64,000 nt of DNA from the IMG/VR virus record IMGVR_UViG_3300013115_000353, positions 1-64,000 of that record. One strand, 5' to 3'. Both the position numbers and the translations under genes were made by a program. Below the pieces are notes generated by a model. It saw only the letters and a list, made by a program, of their open reading frames with translations, had not been told where the DNA came from and ran no database searches. Shown here piece after piece: positions 28,250 through 34,904 of the stretch; the stretch's first letter is position 1, and the number at the start of each line of letters is the position of its first letter. This stretch comes from a virus.

Positions 28250-28556
28250 CTTCAAACCTCCTTAATCCAGTGTAACCTTCCTTGTATCCAATGATTTTAC
28301 CATCTTTCCAAACCCTATTTAAAAGTTCGTGTTTCTCCTCTGGTGTGATATAATAATATGATGGGTCTTCGATGATGCCCTCTATGGGATGGTGTACTTT
28401 ATAAACTGGATAGTCGGCTTGTATCCAGCCCTTCGGGCTGGGGTTTTCTGCGTCCCACTCTATTACTTCAAGCACCACGCACCATCCACCTGGCATCCTT
28501 TCCTGCCAAATCACATCACCGGCATTTACAATGTGCATTGTGTCAACATACTTCAC
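28236..28556 (-). CDS. GDLV-family protein (extended)
   Basis: NAGDVI...VVLEV. Confidence 0.65.
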   Translation of the reverse strand: MKYVDTMHIVNAGDVIWQERMPGGWCVVLEVIEWDAENPSPKGWIQADYPVYKVHHPIEGIIEDPSYYYITPEEKHELLNRVWKDGKIIGYKEGYTGLRRFEDESG

Positions 28557-28737
28557 TTACCACCTCCAGATTCGTCCAGTTGTGCAAGGTTTGTGTTCCA
28601 TCGGGCGAAAGGTCGGGCCCATTATGGAGCAGAATCCACGTACTACCCTCGACTTTAACCACGAGAAACACCCCTTTCTCAGACTCACGGTATGGGTATC
28701 GGAATCTCACCAAATCGCCAGCTTTAAAGGGTGTCAT
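28543..28737 (-). CDS. GDLV-family micro-gene
   Basis: FKAGDLV...LEVVSEVC. Confidence 0.75.
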   Translation of the reverse strand: MTPFKAGDLVRFRYPYRESEKGVFLVVKVEGSTWILLHNGPDLSPDGTQTLHNWTNLEVVSEVC

Positions 28738-28925
28738 TTAGCACCTTTCCACGCCAATAGTTCATCTTCCACGCCAGCAACCAAAGTGTAATCCCATACC
28801 CACGTCAAACTACAGTCCATTCCCTGCCAGAGAACCAGCACACGTTGTGCGTGCGGCGAACCAAACTTAATAATGATACCATAACGAGAATCTCGCTTCT
28901 CGCGAACCCAATCACCTGCTTTCAC
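28734..28925 (-). CDS. GDLV-family micro-gene
   Basis: MKAGDWV...YGIII...VLVLW. Confidence 0.75.
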   Translation of the reverse strand: MKAGDWVREKRDSRYGIIIKFGSPHAQRVLVLWQGMDCSLTWVWDYTLVAGVEDELLAWKGAK

Positions 28926-29100
28926 TTATCACCTCTATATCACTCGCTGCCATATATTCCATTTCGCCGTCACGCCATCGGACCTGATACATTGTCAGCG
29001 GTGCAACGCCTTCAATAGCCTCAATGATTATACCAACTTGCCCGTTTCCATTGTGAAACGACTCAGGCATCAGACTTTTAACCAGATCACCTAACTTCAC
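28912..29100 (-). CDS. GDLV-family micro-gene
   Basis: MKLGDLV...YQVRW...IEVISESR. Confidence 0.8.
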   Translation of the reverse strand: MKLGDLVKSLMPESFHNGNGQVGIIIEAIEGVAPLTMYQVRWRDGEMEYMAASDIEVISESR

Positions 29101-29272
29101 TTACCACCTCAAACAGCCCCGCAAAGGCACTATCTTCAAGCCAATCATCAAGCCACACAAAATCAATATAGTTATAAACAGATTCGTTAATGGTTCCTTT
29201 TGATATACGACTACGCAATACGATCCCTAAATGTCCACTCGATATATGTCTAATCAGATCACCGGGTTTCAT
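29087..29272 (-). CDS. GDLV-family micro-gene
   Basis: MKPGDLI...FEVVSEVR. Confidence 0.8.
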   Translation of the reverse strand: MKPGDLIRHISSGHLGIVLRSRISKGTINESVYNYIDFVWLDDWLEDSAFAGLFEVVSEVR

Positions 29273-29444
29273 TTAATAGCTCCAATACACCAGCGGTGCA
29301 ACGACTTCTCCCCAGATGTGTGGGGATCCACTGCACGCTATATTCAGGTGCAAGTGTCGCGTTGAGAGGTAGATACTCTCTGACGATGACACCCATTAAA
29401 TACGTGTCTTGTCTCTTGTGTTTCACCAAGTCACCGACTTTCAT
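29259..29444 (-). CDS. GDLV-family micro-gene
   Basis: MKVGDLV...YSVQW...LELLNETR. Confidence 0.8.
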   Translation of the reverse strand: MKVGDLVKHKRQDTYLMGVIVREYLPLNATLAPEYSVQWIPTHLGRSRCTAGVLELLNETR

Positions 29445-29614
29445 TTAACCACCTCTATCTTTGATACGCTCCAACTGCCTTTTCCGTGGCGCGTCATCAC
29501 GGTAACATGATCAATAGTGAGCAGTGCCCCTGTTATTCTCGATGGTATCTCGATGATCAGTGCCACCTCTTCGCGCCCGTTAATGGTGCGCTTTACCAGA
29601 TCACCGATTTTCAT
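29441..29614 (-). CDS. GDLV-family micro-gene (57 aa, not in track)
   Basis: MKIGDLVKRTINGREEVALIIE...SKIEVVK. Confidence 0.75.
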   Translation of the reverse strand: MKIGDLVKRTINGREEVALIIEIPSRITGALLTIDHVTVMTRHGKGSWSVSKIEVVK

Positions 29615-29759
29615 CTAACTGCCCCTTGTGCTTCACCTGACGGACGTAGCCGCGCTTGCTGTGGTATCCGGCGCCACGCCTACCCGTTAGCCCCTTGGAG
29701 TGAACCACGAGCCAGTTACGAGCCTTGGGGGGCTTGTTCTTGTTGCGCTTTCGAGCCAT
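29601..29759 (-). CDS. Small very basic protein (52 aa, not in track), possibly ArfA-like
   Basis: MARKRNKNKPPKARNWLVVHSKGLTGRRGAGYHSKRGYVRQVKHKGQLDENR; first gene after promoter, SD AAGGAG. Confidence 0.6.
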   Translation of the reverse strand: MARKRNKNKPPKARNWLVVHSKGLTGRRGAGYHSKRGYVRQVKHKGQLDENR

Positions 29760-29778
29760 AATATCTCCTTACTCTCTA

Positions 29779-29832
29779 AATATACACCCCAGAGAGCTAA
29801 AAGTCAAGGGGTAGATGTCAGGTAAATGTAAA
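29779..29832 (-). promoter_or_regulatory. Triple-TTGAC early promoter module (degenerate upstream boxes)
   Basis: TTTACA-N5-CTGACA-N8-TTGACT-N17-TATATT; abuts tRNA-Thr CCA. Confidence 0.75.
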
Positions 29833-29833
29833 A

Positions 29834-29909
29834 TGGAGCCCAAGATCAGAATCGAACTGATGACCTTTTCCCTACCAAGGAAATGCTCTGCCAACTGAGC
29901 TACCTGGGC
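29834..29909 (-). tRNA. trnT: tRNA-Thr(GGT)
   Basis: GCCCAGGTAGCTCAGTTGGCAGAGCA-TTTCC-TT-GGT-AG-GGAAA...TTCGATT...CTTGGGCTCCA; full cloverleaf with CCA. Confidence 0.95.
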
Positions 29910-29910
29910 G

Positions 29911-30027
29911 CTAATCTTTAAGTTTGTTTTTTAAGTTTTCAATCAGTTTTTGAAAATGTTTAATAGCATTTTCATATGCTTCAATACTTTCTTCGACTTG
30001 TTTTGTTTCTTCTTTTGTTAATGACAT
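29911..30027 (-). CDS. Small coiled-coil peptide (38 aa, not in track)
   Basis: MSLTKEETKQVEESIEAYENAIKHFQKLIENLKNKLKD; SD GGAGGA. Confidence 0.55.
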   Translation of the reverse strand: MSLTKEETKQVEESIEAYENAIKHFQKLIENLKNKLKD

Positions 30028-30056
30028 CTTTCCTCCTTTAAGTTATAAATGTAAAT

Positions 30057-30193
30057 AAGAGGATCCCCGTTGTGCGATCTTGCTCACACTGCTAACCTCC
30101 CTTTAACTGTTTGTTGCTGTCTCACTTCAGACATGCTTGTGGTTCGTAGGAGATATTGAACCACTCCACTTATAAGTTATCGGGGATCCTCTT
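30057..30193 (-). ncRNA. Candidate structured ncRNA (13-bp closing stem + three internal hairpins)
   Basis: AAGAGGATCCCCG/CGGGGATCCTCTT; internal GTGGTTC/GAACCAC, TGTCT/AGACA, GTGTGA/TCGCAC. Confidence 0.55.
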
Positions 30194-30201
30194 TAAAATA
30201 G

Positions 30202-30423
30202 TCACTTTGTTACGGCTCCATTTATCACCTCAATCTCATAGTTGTTTTCGTTAATAACACCCTGCACCGTGCCGGTCCTGGTGCATCGTCCAGGTATCAA
30301 TATATCCCATAGTCCATCATCGGGGGGCGGATACTTACGCATTACCAGACAAGGCCCCACCCATAAATCATACGGCGGTGGCTGAAAGTTGGCCTTGTAC
30401 CTAATCAAATCACCTACCTTCAC
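30202..30423 (-). CDS. GDLV-family micro-gene
   Basis: MKVGDLI...IEVING. Confidence 0.75.
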   Translation of the reverse strand: MKVGDLIRYKANFQPPPYDLWVGPCLVMRKYPPPDDGLWDILIPGRCTRTGTVQGVINENNYEIEVINGAVTK

Positions 30424-30616
30424 TGATTACCTCCACCTCTGCTCTTTTAAACCACATCTCTCTCACCCATTTACTCTCAATGGTAATATGGGGTCTGTGG
30501 AAATGTACCAATATATAATCGCCCTGAACACTTGTTGCTCTTTCCCATTTAACTATTACACCCACCATATGATGCCCAGTTCGTCTATATGGCCGCACCA
30601 GATCACCTATTTTCAC
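30410..30616 (-). CDS. GDLV-family micro-gene
   Basis: GTG start MKIGDLV...VEVISEGR. Confidence 0.75.
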   Translation of the reverse strand: MKIGDLVRPYRRTGHHMVGVIVKWERATSVQGDYILVHFHRPHITIESKWVREMWFKRAEVEVISEGR

Positions 30617-30818
30617 TAAGCACCTCCAAGAACTCATCATCGGACAGGTATTCAGCGGAAAATGTCCCGTGATCGGGACACGTCCAGTGAATCGTGATGA
30701 CCTCGTTGTACGCATACTGTACGCATTTTGTTATAATACCTTTCCAGTCGCCACAATACGCAAAACCGGGATCCAGCACGTGCTCTGTTGTAAACCTAAC
30801 CAAATCACCTACTTTCAT
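30603..30818 (-). CDS. GDLV-family micro-gene
   Basis: MKVGDLV...LEVLSENR. Confidence 0.8.
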   Translation of the reverse strand: MKVGDLVRFTTEHVLDPGFAYCGDWKGIITKCVQYAYNEVITIHWTCPDHGTFSAEYLSDDEFLEVLSENR

Positions 30819-30984
30819 TTATAACCTCGTATTCATATGATGCCTTCGGAAAATGCAGTTCGATTCGCTTGGACTCATTCAAAATAATAAACTTGTTTGG
30901 ACGATCTTCAACCAGATACCCGATGTGCTCTGAGTTGGAAAGGTTGTCTTTCAGTCTGATTCTAATCTTTGGAAAGTCTTTCAT
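30805..30984 (-). CDS. Small protein ending in the junction repeat (59 aa, not in track)
   Basis: MKDFPKIRIRLKD...YEYEVINESR. Confidence 0.7.
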   Translation of the reverse strand: MKDFPKIRIRLKDNLSNSEHIGYLVEDRPNKFIILNESKRIELHFPKASYEYEVINESR

Positions 30985-31178
30985 TTTATAACCTTTAGCT
31001 GATAGCTGTTTTGTTGTTTGATTCTACCCTGAAGAAAGTTCCACGATACCCAAACGGGATAAGTTACACTAATAGGGCAGTTCTGCACATCGACAACTAT
31101 TCCTAATGATAGCGGACACTTATGAGAGTCACGCGCTGCTCCATCCATCTTAAGAGTTACTAAATCACCCACCTTCAT
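30981..31178 (-). CDS. GDLV-family micro-gene
   Basis: MKVGDLV...VWVSW...LKVIK. Confidence 0.8.
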   Translation of the reverse strand: MKVGDLVTLKMDGAARDSHKCPLSLGIVVDVQNCPISVTYPVWVSWNFLQGRIKQQNSYQLKVIK

Positions 31179-31419
31179 TTATAACCTCCACATGAACCGC
31201 ATACCGTCGAATCCTCTTTCCTTCTGTGGTTAGAATAAACATAGTACGAACAGGTGCCTCTGCAATCTGCTCTGCCGTATATGCTTCTGGAGAACGATTG
31301 TGTGTTTCAAGAACAATACCATATGTGTACGGAGGCATAACGCATCGCTTCTTCGTACACCATCCTTCTCGCACCAGATCGCCCACTTGTGCGCAGTGTC
31401 CCGGTTTAACTGCCTTCAT
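31165..31419 (-). CDS. GDLV-family micro-gene
   Basis: QVGDLV...VEVINEGG. Confidence 0.75.
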   Translation of the reverse strand: MKAVKPGHCAQVGDLVREGWCTKKRCVMPPYTYGIVLETHNRSPEAYTAEQIAEAPVRTMFILTTEGKRIRRYAVHVEVINEGG

Positions 31420-31597
31420 TTATAACCTTCAATAACATTCTTTTAAACCAGCCCTTGTCTGCGTTTTTGTTTGCCCATATAATAAGACACTCATTCCCTC
31501 GACATTGAACAACCAAACCGGGACAAAAAATATCACGGCTCACGTCATTCAAATGAACGATTAGATCGCCTACACTGGGGGCACCGCTACTTTTCAC
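31406..31597 (-). CDS. GDLV-family micro-gene
   Basis: SVGDLI...LKVINEGS. Confidence 0.75.
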   Translation of the reverse strand: MKSSGAPSVGDLIVHLNDVSRDIFCPGLVVQCRGNECLIIWANKNADKGWFKRMLLKVINEGS

Positions 31598-31784
31598 TTA
31601 TAACCTCCACTTCGCTTTCATACGTCACAGATGTTCCATCTCTTAATGTCCATTTTGGGTTAGCCCATAAGACCGCCCATCTCGCATCGCCATCGTCGTC
31701 ATCGAAAAGAAACTTAACCACCAGCCCAATACCAAAGTCCTGTCCAGGGCCCTCAACACGCTGTACTAAATCACCCGGTTTCAT
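31587..31784 (-). CDS. GDLV-family micro-gene
   Basis: MKPGDLV...WAVLW...VEVISEK. Confidence 0.75.
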   Translation of the reverse strand: MKPGDLVQRVEGPGQDFGIGLVVKFLFDDDDGDARWAVLWANPKWTLRDGTSVTYESEVEVISEK

Positions 31785-31893
31785 CTGGCTGACTCCACAA
31801 GTATTTAATGTATGCGCCCAGAAAAGGCAGCGAAGAACCCCATAGAACGAGAAACGATAGCTCCTGATGGCAGTTAGCAAACAAGTGTTCCAT
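31771..31893 (-). CDS. Small membrane peptide (40 aa, not in track)
   Basis: MEHLFANCHQELSFLVLWGSSLPFLGAYIKYLWSQPDETG; overlaps both neighbours. Confidence 0.5.
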   Translation of the reverse strand: MEHLFANCHQELSFLVLWGSSLPFLGAYIKYLWSQPDETG

Positions 31894-32267
31894 TAAATAG
31901 CAATGCTCCGTTCAATATAAATATTTTCAAACCCCCAGCCGCGATGTACATTATCGTCTGAGTCCTCGCCTATGCGAACAAAACGATAAAAGTTAACAGC
32001 CTCGTGTTCGTCGCCATCGACATCGATATGTTCGCCATCGCACCAGTCCATAAAGTCAACGATAGCATCGATCTCTTCGTAGCCCTCAAACCATTTGATA
32101 CTGGACCAGTTAAACAGGATGTTACCATCTCCGTCATAGTCTTTGATCATCCTATCTGTCCCTGAAAAACACATCTCACGTGCTTCCGGCGACTTTGCCA
32201 TTGTGGCTAAGAACTGTGGCATCACCTCTTTGGCGACGATAAAAACGACTTCTGAACGATAGCCCAT
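31893..32267 (-). CDS. Phage hypothetical protein
   Basis: MGYRSEV...IKW...FVRIGED..D pattern. Confidence 0.7.
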   Translation of the reverse strand: MGYRSEVVFIVAKEVMPQFLATMAKSPEAREMCFSGTDRMIKDYDGDGNILFNWSSIKWFEGYEEIDAIVDFMDWCDGEHIDVDGDEHEAVNFYRFVRIGEDSDDNVHRGWGFENIYIERSIAI

Positions 32268-32268
32268 T

Positions 32269-32433
32269 TTAAACCCCTGCTTCTTTATTAAGTTTTGTCA
32301 ACAGTTCGTTGAGCGATTCGATCTCGCTTTCGAGGTAGTCGGCATCGCCATACATAGCGCAGGTTTCCAGATCATCGATCCGATTGTTGACACAATCGAT
32401 CAGCGAAATGATTTCATCGGTTGTCAGATTCAT
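32269..32433 (-). CDS. Small acidic protein (54 aa, not in track)
   Basis: MNLTTDEIISLIDC...; first gene after promoter, SD AAGGAG. Confidence 0.6.
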   Translation of the reverse strand: MNLTTDEIISLIDCVNNRIDDLETCAMYGDADYLESEIESLNELLTKLNKEAGV

Positions 32434-32452
32434 TTTTTCTCCTTACTCTATA

Positions 32453-32507
32453 AATATAGCACCGGACGGCACCAAAGTCAATAGGGAAGTTGTTAAGTAG
32501 ATGTCAA
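32453..32507 (-). promoter_or_regulatory. Triple-TTGAC early promoter module
   Basis: TTGACA-N5-TTAACA-N9-TTGACT-N17-TATATT. Confidence 0.8.
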
Positions 32508-32764
32508 GCCTTGCTGACTAATACAAGTTCGTGTGAAAGGTATACCTGATGGAGAGATCCGAATAAAACTGTGATACGATACATATCATGCACGTTTTCT
32601 GTTATCATAACTATTCCTACAGGTTCCGGTGGCACCCAATCGCCTTGAGCGCGGTGTATTTCGATCAGTTTCGGATCCAAACGAACCAGATCCCCTATTT
32701 GGTAAACTCGTCCGATAACATTTCCTCTAACGAGACGTAAAATGCCCTGCTCTCTGGTGGGCAT
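32504..32764 (-). CDS. GDLV-family micro-gene (start uncertain)
   Basis: YQIGDLV...VGIVM...ELVLVSKA. Confidence 0.65.
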   Translation of the reverse strand: MPTREQGILRLVRGNVIGRVYQIGDLVRLDPKLIEIHRAQGDWVPPEPVGIVMITENVHDMYRITVLFGSLHQVYLSHELVLVSKA

Positions 32765-32898
32765 TCATCTAAAATATCATTAACCAAATCTATTAACTTG
32801 GCTATTTCCTCCCTCTCTTTCTTCTGTCGGTATTCGTCTAAATCAACGACGTTATCATCACCCGACCACCCTATCTTAATATCGAAATCGTAGCACAT
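32695..32898 (-). CDS. Hypothetical protein
   Basis: NVVDLDEYR motif. Confidence 0.55.
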   Translation of the reverse strand: MCYDFDIKIGWSGDDNVVDLDEYRQKKEREEIAKLIDLVNDILDECPPESRAFYVSLEEMLSDEFTK

Positions 32899-32937
32899 TA
32901 ACGGTGTTTCCTTGTGTGTAAAAATGTTTTGTATACT

Positions 32938-33129
32938 CTAAGATGATGTAGCTTTTTTCAAGAACATCGCGTGAAACTTTAGCTCGGCACGATTGGGAAA
33001 CAAAACGATATAACTGTTCTTATGGTTCCCTTCTCGCACAATGAGCCCCGTGCGATGATCGGGGATCTCTTCTTGGTTTGTGCCGTCTGTAATGACAACC
33101 AAATCACCTGGCTTAAAAGTTTTCATCAC
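32938..33129 (-). CDS. GDLV-family micro-gene
   Basis: FKPGDLV...TGLIV...YIVLF. Confidence 0.75.
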   Translation of the reverse strand: MMKTFKPGDLVVITDGTNQEEIPDHRTGLIVREGNHKNSYIVLFPNRAELKFHAMFLKKATSS

Positions 33130-33134
33130 TTATA

Positions 33135-33188
33135 AGTATGCCACTCTTTCTTAAAAGATGCAAGCAATATATGTCAAGTCGCTGTCAA
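33135..33188 (-). promoter_or_regulatory. Triple-box early promoter module
   Basis: TTGACA-N5-TTGACA-N8-TTGCAT-N17-CATACT. Confidence 0.7.
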
Positions 33189-33581
33189 GTATGGAATACC
33201 TGGAGGCAGTTCGCCTGACACGATACCTCCGTGTTTGGCAACCACGAGGGTGATCTGTGTTGCTGGCACATATCCATAAACCGTTTCGGTAGGTTTTTCG
33301 GGGCTTTCTGCCCATTCCATTAACAGATTCTCTTTCTGGTTTGGATACCCCACTTCCACCGCTGTGTATTTAGCGGCTTTGTCAATGCGTGGCGTACAGT
33401 ACGCACCCTCATTAGCTTGGACGCTCATAGTGAAGCCATCCTTGCAGGTAACTTTTTTATTAAGTCTTCGTGTCAAAGCTCTCTCCTTTTTTCTTCTGAC
33501 TTCGTTGATGCTGTCAACTCGTTGAGATACACTGGGTGATCGCCAGGTACGAGTGCCACCACATTTACGCCGGGTGGCCAA
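33174..33581 (-). CDS. Phage hypothetical protein (true start probably near 33476)
   Basis: CKDGFTMSVQA...YCTPR...VEVGYP...VYGYVP...HGG pattern. Confidence 0.65.
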   Translation of the reverse strand: MATRRKCGGTRTWRSPSVSQRVDSINEVRRKKERALTRRLNKKVTCKDGFTMSVQANEGAYCTPRIDKAAKYTAVEVGYPNQKENLLMEWAESPEKPTETVYGYVPATQITLVVAKHGGIVSGELPPGIPYLTAT

Positions 33582-33712
33582 AAGCGCCCAAACTTCTCTT
33601 GAGCCTCCCTTAGTGCTTTTTGGCTATCGTTATCCCCATAAAATGTTTGTTTAATGTACGTATCTCCATTGTATAAAATAGCTGTCCAAGTCATTTTTCT
33701 CTCCTTATGCAA
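33473..33712 (-). CDS. Hypothetical protein
   Basis: ORF in the operon. Confidence 0.55.
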   Translation of the reverse strand: MHKERKMTWTAILYNGDTYIKQTFYGDNDSQKALREAQEKFGRFWPPGVNVVALVPGDHPVYLNELTASTKSEEKRREL

Positions 33713-33921
33713 ATAACTTCTGATTCTGTTTCAATCCACACGCGCGCCCCACACGATAACGGTTTGTCGGGCGAATATATCACTTTACATGGCCCATTTA
33801 TCACAGCTTCGTGGCAGTAATCGTTTGATTTATAGGTTTTAACCGTCAATACTGCCTCTTGTTCTTTGTTCTTCCGATTGGATCGGATTTTGTGTTGATT
33901 TACGTGTATTCTTTTTTTCAT
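33691..33921 (-). CDS. Phage hypothetical protein
   Basis: MKKRIHVNQHKIRSN...PLSCGARVWIET. Confidence 0.75.
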   Translation of the reverse strand: MKKRIHVNQHKIRSNRKNKEQEAVLTVKTYKSNDYCHEAVINGPCKVIYSPDKPLSCGARVWIETESEVICIRREK

Positions 33922-33933
33922 TGTTTCTAAATA

Positions 33934-34018
33934 TGGTAGGGGCGGTGGGACTTGAACCCACATGCACCAGTTACCCAAGTTTCATGCACCGCTTATAAGA
34001 CGGCTGGGATACGCCCCC
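33934..34018 (-). tRNA. Atypical tRNA-like RNA, anticodon TAT (Ile), no D-arm, long variable region
   Basis: GGGGGCG-TATCCCA-GCCGT-CT-TAT-AA-GCGGT-GCATGAAACTTGGGTAACTGGTGCAT-GTGGG-TTCAAGT-CCCAC-CGCCCCT-ACCA. Confidence 0.75.
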
Positions 34019-34019
34019 T

Positions 34020-34094
34020 TGGTAGGTCCACCAGGAATCGAACCTGGAACGAAAGATTAGAAGTCTTTTGTGATATCCCTTTCACCATAGACCC
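34020..34094 (-). tRNA. trnR: tRNA-Arg(TCT)
   Basis: GGGTCTA...AAAGA-CT-TCT-AA-TCTTT...CCAGG-TTCGATT-CCTGG-TGGACCT-ACCA. Confidence 0.92.
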
Positions 34095-34097
34095 ATG

Positions 34098-34574
34098 TTA
34101 TTGTTCCAGGTTTAAGGTGCCGTGTGGCGTTTTAACGCTCACGTCCCAACCACCCAGAAGGGGGGTATTATGAATAAGATTGGCTACCGGAATCTGCACA
34201 ACGGCAGTAAGGGTGGTGAAGCCCCGTTTATGATCGTACCTCTCCGTTGAACTCTCAACGATTTCAGTATCATAGAAGTTTTCGTTAATAGTCTCGATAA
34301 GGTATTCAGCGAATGTATTATCGCGTTCGTAGTCTTCAAGGTAGCCATCCTCTCGCAAAGTATCTAAGATGCTGCTTCCACTCCAGCAGTCGCGCACGTC
34401 TAAACCAGGCGTGGCAAGCAGATTGCTCAAGTAATATACCACATCGGTTTCTGCCAGTGCGGTTTCTATCTCAGTTTCGTTGTGGATAAAAACATCAGTT
34501 CCCTCACTACATGTAAGGACTGCCATCGTATCTTCCGGCAGATTAAGTTGTTTCAAAGTATCATATACAGACAA
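34098..34574 (-). CDS. Hypothetical acidic protein
   Basis: 158-aa ORF after a sigma70 promoter; SD GAGGAGG. Confidence 0.65.
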   Translation of the reverse strand: MSVYDTLKQLNLPEDTMAVLTCSEGTDVFIHNETEIETALAETDVVYYLSNLLATPGLDVRDCWSGSSILDTLREDGYLEDYERDNTFAEYLIETINENFYDTEIVESSTERYDHKRGFTTLTAVVQIPVANLIHNTPLLGGWDVSVKTPHGTLNLEQ

Positions 34575-34614
34575 GTTGCCTCCTCAAAAATTATTATTTT
34601 GTCTAACTTTTAAA

Positions 34615-34643
34615 ATAATAACACCCTTTTATGACGAAGTCAA
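34615..34643 (-). promoter_or_regulatory. sigma70-type promoter
   Basis: TTGACT-N17-TATTAT. Confidence 0.7.
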
Positions 34644-34660
34644 GAACTTTCTTAAAAAAA

Positions 34661-34802
34661 CTGGAACCTTCCCAACACTATCTACACCACCCATCACATC
34701 ATCGTGTTGACTATTACTCCTTGACGGGCATACCACACTGGTAGCTTGCAGTTGCAGGCGAACGCCACTTCGCCGCTGAGACGGAAGGCAGGCTATTTCC
34801 AG
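34661..34802 (-). ncRNA. Candidate structured ncRNA with possible pseudoknot, followed by T7
   Basis: CTGGAA/TTCCAG and CCTTCC/GGAAGG closing stems; GGCGAA/TTCGCC, TACCA/TGGTA, GCCCGTCA/TGATGGGT, CAACAC/GTGTTG. Confidence 0.5.
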
Positions 34803-34904
34803 TTACTCCGTAGCAACGACATATGCAAAAAATATACCGCACGCTACAGCAGCGGCGAATGCAAATATCATCATGATTTATCTCCTTTAATAGTAGCAAA
34901 TAGG

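Larger units (their letters stand above)
18376..31795 (-). repeat. Dispersed ~30-nt gene-junction repeat, consensus GAGGTTATAAATGAAAGTCGGTGATCTGGT
   Basis: Copies at about 18376, 18594, 18796, 25751, 26089, 26243, 26406, 26560, 28230, 28906, 29081, 29253, 29425, 29595, 30404, 30597, 30799, 31159, 31765, plus partial copies. Confidence 0.85.

Noticed and set aside
25388-31795. CRISPR array interpretation of the regularly spaced ~30-nt repeats
   Set aside because: Repeats are degenerate, non-palindromic and protein-coding; intervening segments are well over 100 nt and are open frames; no cas genes in the window.
18184-33188. Classical integron or diversity-generating retroelement
   Set aside because: No tyrosine recombinase, attC-like palindromes, reverse transcriptase or TR/VR pair with A-specific mismatches seen.
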